DNA from: a virus
Lineage: Duplodnaviria > Heunggongvirae > Uroviricota > Caudoviricetes
IMG/VR virus record: IMGVR_UViG_3300021166_000052
Span: 133,424-197,423 of that record
DNA length: 64,000 nt
Strand: one strand, 5' to 3'
Below are positions 61,968 through 64,000 of this stretch, piece by piece. Made by a program: the position numbers and the translations under genes. Every line of letters begins with the position of its first letter. Within the stretch, counting starts at the first letter, position 1. Under the pieces are notes generated by a model. It made no database searches and was not told the DNA's origin. It saw nothing but the letters and a program-made list of their open reading frames with translations.

Positions 61968-62039
61968 GCCACTATTCTATGATTAGGTGACAGGATTGCA
62001 AACCCTGTAATTAGAGTTTGATTCTCTATAGTGGCTCCA
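61968..62039 (+). tRNA. tRNA-Cys(GCA) with a reduced D arm
   Basis: GCCACTA/TAGTGGC acceptor, U73 plus CCA, TTGCAAA loop, TAGAG-TTTGATT-CTCTA T arm. Confidence 0.75.
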
Positions 62040-62049
62040 CTTATAATAT

Positions 62050-62547
62050 ATGGAGTTAAAATCAATGTTTTTTATTAAAATGCATAGTTTTGTTGATGTT
62101 ATTACCAATTCATCTACTGTAATTTATACGAATAGTAATGGGTGTGTAGAACCTATTAAAGAAATGCTCGCAGAAATGTTGCGTGTTTTTAATGTAGATG
62201 AAAATGTTGATGATATTTTTGATGTTTATATTGTTGTTGATAATAATCGATATGCAGATATATATGAGACTATTTATGATCAAATGGAAGACGATTCGCC
62301 TGAAAAATATCCAGAATATGGTATTTTATTAGATCATAGTGAAAGATGGTCTTATATTACGAGCTTAATGAATAATGCGTTTAATGGACTACAACCGATG
62401 CCAGAATGGGCAAAAAACATTAAGGTTGGAGATGAAGATGAAACATATGTTGTGGTTTTTGCAAAAGATCAAAAATATAAAAAATTATGTGAATTGATAC
62501 ATGATGTAGTGTATTCAACTGATCATGATGCGGAATATGATGGGTGA
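62050..62547 (+). CDS. Acidic protein with N-terminal HSFVDVITNSST motif
   Basis: Paralog of the next gene. Confidence 0.75.
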   Translation: MELKSMFFIKMHSFVDVITNSSTVIYTNSNGCVEPIKEMLAEMLRVFNVDENVDDIFDVYIVVDNNRYADIYETIYDQMEDDSPEKYPEYGILLDHSERWSYITSLMNNAFNGLQPMPEWAKNIKVGDEDETYVVVFAKDQKYKKLCELIHDVVYSTDHDAEYDG

Positions 62548-62553
62548 TTAAAT

Positions 62554-63039
62554 ATGAAAATTAAAGTACATAGTTTTGTTGATGTTATTACAAATTCGTC
62601 TACTGTAATTTATACAAGTAGTGCAAATTGTATTGGACCGGTTCGTGAGTTGATTGCCGAAATTTTTAAATTTAATAATATTACTGATAATATTGACGAC
62701 ATTTTTGATATTAAATTAAATGTTGATGCTGATCAATATATGGATCGGTATGAAGATGAAGTTGAGGATTATGATGAAAATGATCCTGAACGATATGTAG
62801 AATACTTTTCATTACCAGAAGATGATTGGTCCGCTAAGGGAAAATTTATTGACAATATCGTTCAAGCGGTATATAATGATAAATTACCAAAGCCCAGATG
62901 GATGGAGTCGATGGAAAATGAGATGCAGTGTAGTTCACGTGTTTCAATTGTTGCCAAAGATGTTAAATATGAAAATATTGCAAAATTGATTCATAAAGTT
63001 TTATATTCAACGTCATGTGACGCTTATTATAACGGTTAA
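62554..63039 (+). CDS. Acidic protein with N-terminal HSFVDVITNSST motif (paralog)
   Basis: Shares HSFVDVITNSSTVIYT, DDIFD and C-terminal LIH..YST...Y.G with the preceding gene. Confidence 0.75.
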   Translation: MKIKVHSFVDVITNSSTVIYTSSANCIGPVRELIAEIFKFNNITDNIDDIFDIKLNVDADQYMDRYEDEVEDYDENDPERYVEYFSLPEDDWSAKGKFIDNIVQAVYNDKLPKPRWMESMENEMQCSSRVSIVAKDVKYENIAKLIHKVLYSTSCDAYYNG

Positions 63040-63055
63040 AGGAGATTAACTAAAA

Positions 63056-63919
63056 ATGTTGAAAACAAGATGTTTCCCTGATAAAAATTACAAAGGTATT
63101 TATTTTAATGGAAAAACGATTCGTATTGCATTGGATGAAACCAAGCCAATTCTGGAACTTGATTACCCAGAATTTTATGATGTAAAAATTACAGGGAAAT
63201 GTTCTGGTAAGTGTCCATATTGTTACATGGATAGTAAAGAAACGGATTATCATTATGAAAATATTATCGATAAGGTTATCTCGTTTTTCGGTAGAATGAC
63301 ATTGAATGAGCGTTGTTTTCAAGTCGCTATCGGCGGTGGCGAGCCAACCCAACATCCTGATTTTTGTGAACTATTAAAAACGTTCCATAAAATGGGTATC
63401 ACTCCAAATTATACCACAAATGGTATGTTTATCGATGATCCCCGTAAAATGGAAATCATTCATGCTACTCAATTATATTCTGGGGGAGTGGCTGTAAGCT
63501 GTCATGATCATTTAAAATATTACTGGGGAAAGGCAGCAGACCTATTATATATCAACCGGATTAAATTGAATTTTCATATTATTATTTCTGATAGAAAATC
63601 AATTGATGATTTTATGGAAATTTTCAGAAATTGGTATGATAAGGTTGATTATTTTGTTCTTCTTCCTTATGGTGTCCAAGGACGGGCCGATAATAAGGAA
63701 ATTGATTGGGAATATTTTATTAAAATGTTACCCAATGATATTTCCAAATTGGCGTTCGGTGCGAATTTTTATTCAAATTTGGTCGAAGATGCTGGTAAAA
63801 ATATTAAAGTAAGTTTATATGAACCAGAATCAATGTCTAAATTTTTATCACTAGAAGGAACTGGTTCAGTTTATTCAAGTTCTTTCAATTTGACCCCATT
63901 AAAAACGGGCGTATTTTAA
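63056..63919 (+). CDS. Radical SAM enzyme
   Basis: CSGKCPYC (CxxxCxxC), IGGGEPTQHP and YTTNG; AAGGAG SD. Confidence 0.9.
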   Translation: MLKTRCFPDKNYKGIYFNGKTIRIALDETKPILELDYPEFYDVKITGKCSGKCPYCYMDSKETDYHYENIIDKVISFFGRMTLNERCFQVAIGGGEPTQHPDFCELLKTFHKMGITPNYTTNGMFIDDPRKMEIIHATQLYSGGVAVSCHDHLKYYWGKAADLLYINRIKLNFHIIISDRKSIDDFMEIFRNWYDKVDYFVLLPYGVQGRADNKEIDWEYFIKMLPNDISKLAFGANFYSNLVEDAGKNIKVSLYEPESMSKFLSLEGTGSVYSSSFNLTPLKTGVF

Positions 63920-64000
63920 AGTTAACTGAATTAATAATATATTATTAAGGAGAATTAATAATCATGAGTATATATGAAAGAATTCATGAGCATATGCTGA

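Noticed and set aside
49863..64000. General TGA = Trp recoding
   Set aside because: Many genes end in TGA with ATGA/GTGA coupling to the next gene; only one in-frame TGA candidate was seen.

Overview
AT-rich segment of a large tailed dsDNA phage genome; the host cannot be identified from the window. The left ~43 kb is a tail/virion morphogenesis region. Its ORF-track fragments are pieces of a small number of long genes interrupted only by in-frame TAG codons. At family-diagnostic positions these TAGs fall where Trp is expected (HNH CG-W, kinase DRHxGN-W, LamG W-xH, C-x-H-x-W, chaperone G-W), so TAG appears to be reassigned to tryptophan rather than to the Gln reported for TAG-recoded phages. 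TAA and TGA still act as stops. Read this way the region contains a 2546-aa tape measure protein, a tail-chaperone pair joined by a -1 frameshift, and several 800-1300-aa tail proteins. The right ~21 kb is a replication/accessory region whose core enzymes contain no in-frame TAG: an SF1 helicase with two inteins, a family B polymerase that ends before motif C, Pth2, an RlaP-like nucleotidyltransferase, a metallophosphoesterase, a vWA protein and a radical SAM enzyme. It also carries four tRNAs, one atypical tRNA-like RNA, an HDV-like (theta-type) ribozyme fused to the 3' end of a tRNA(CAU), tandem PI3/4-kinase-like genes, an HNH gene and a hairpin cluster. No CUA suppressor tRNA was found in this window. 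All assignments come from reading motifs by eye; no database search was run.
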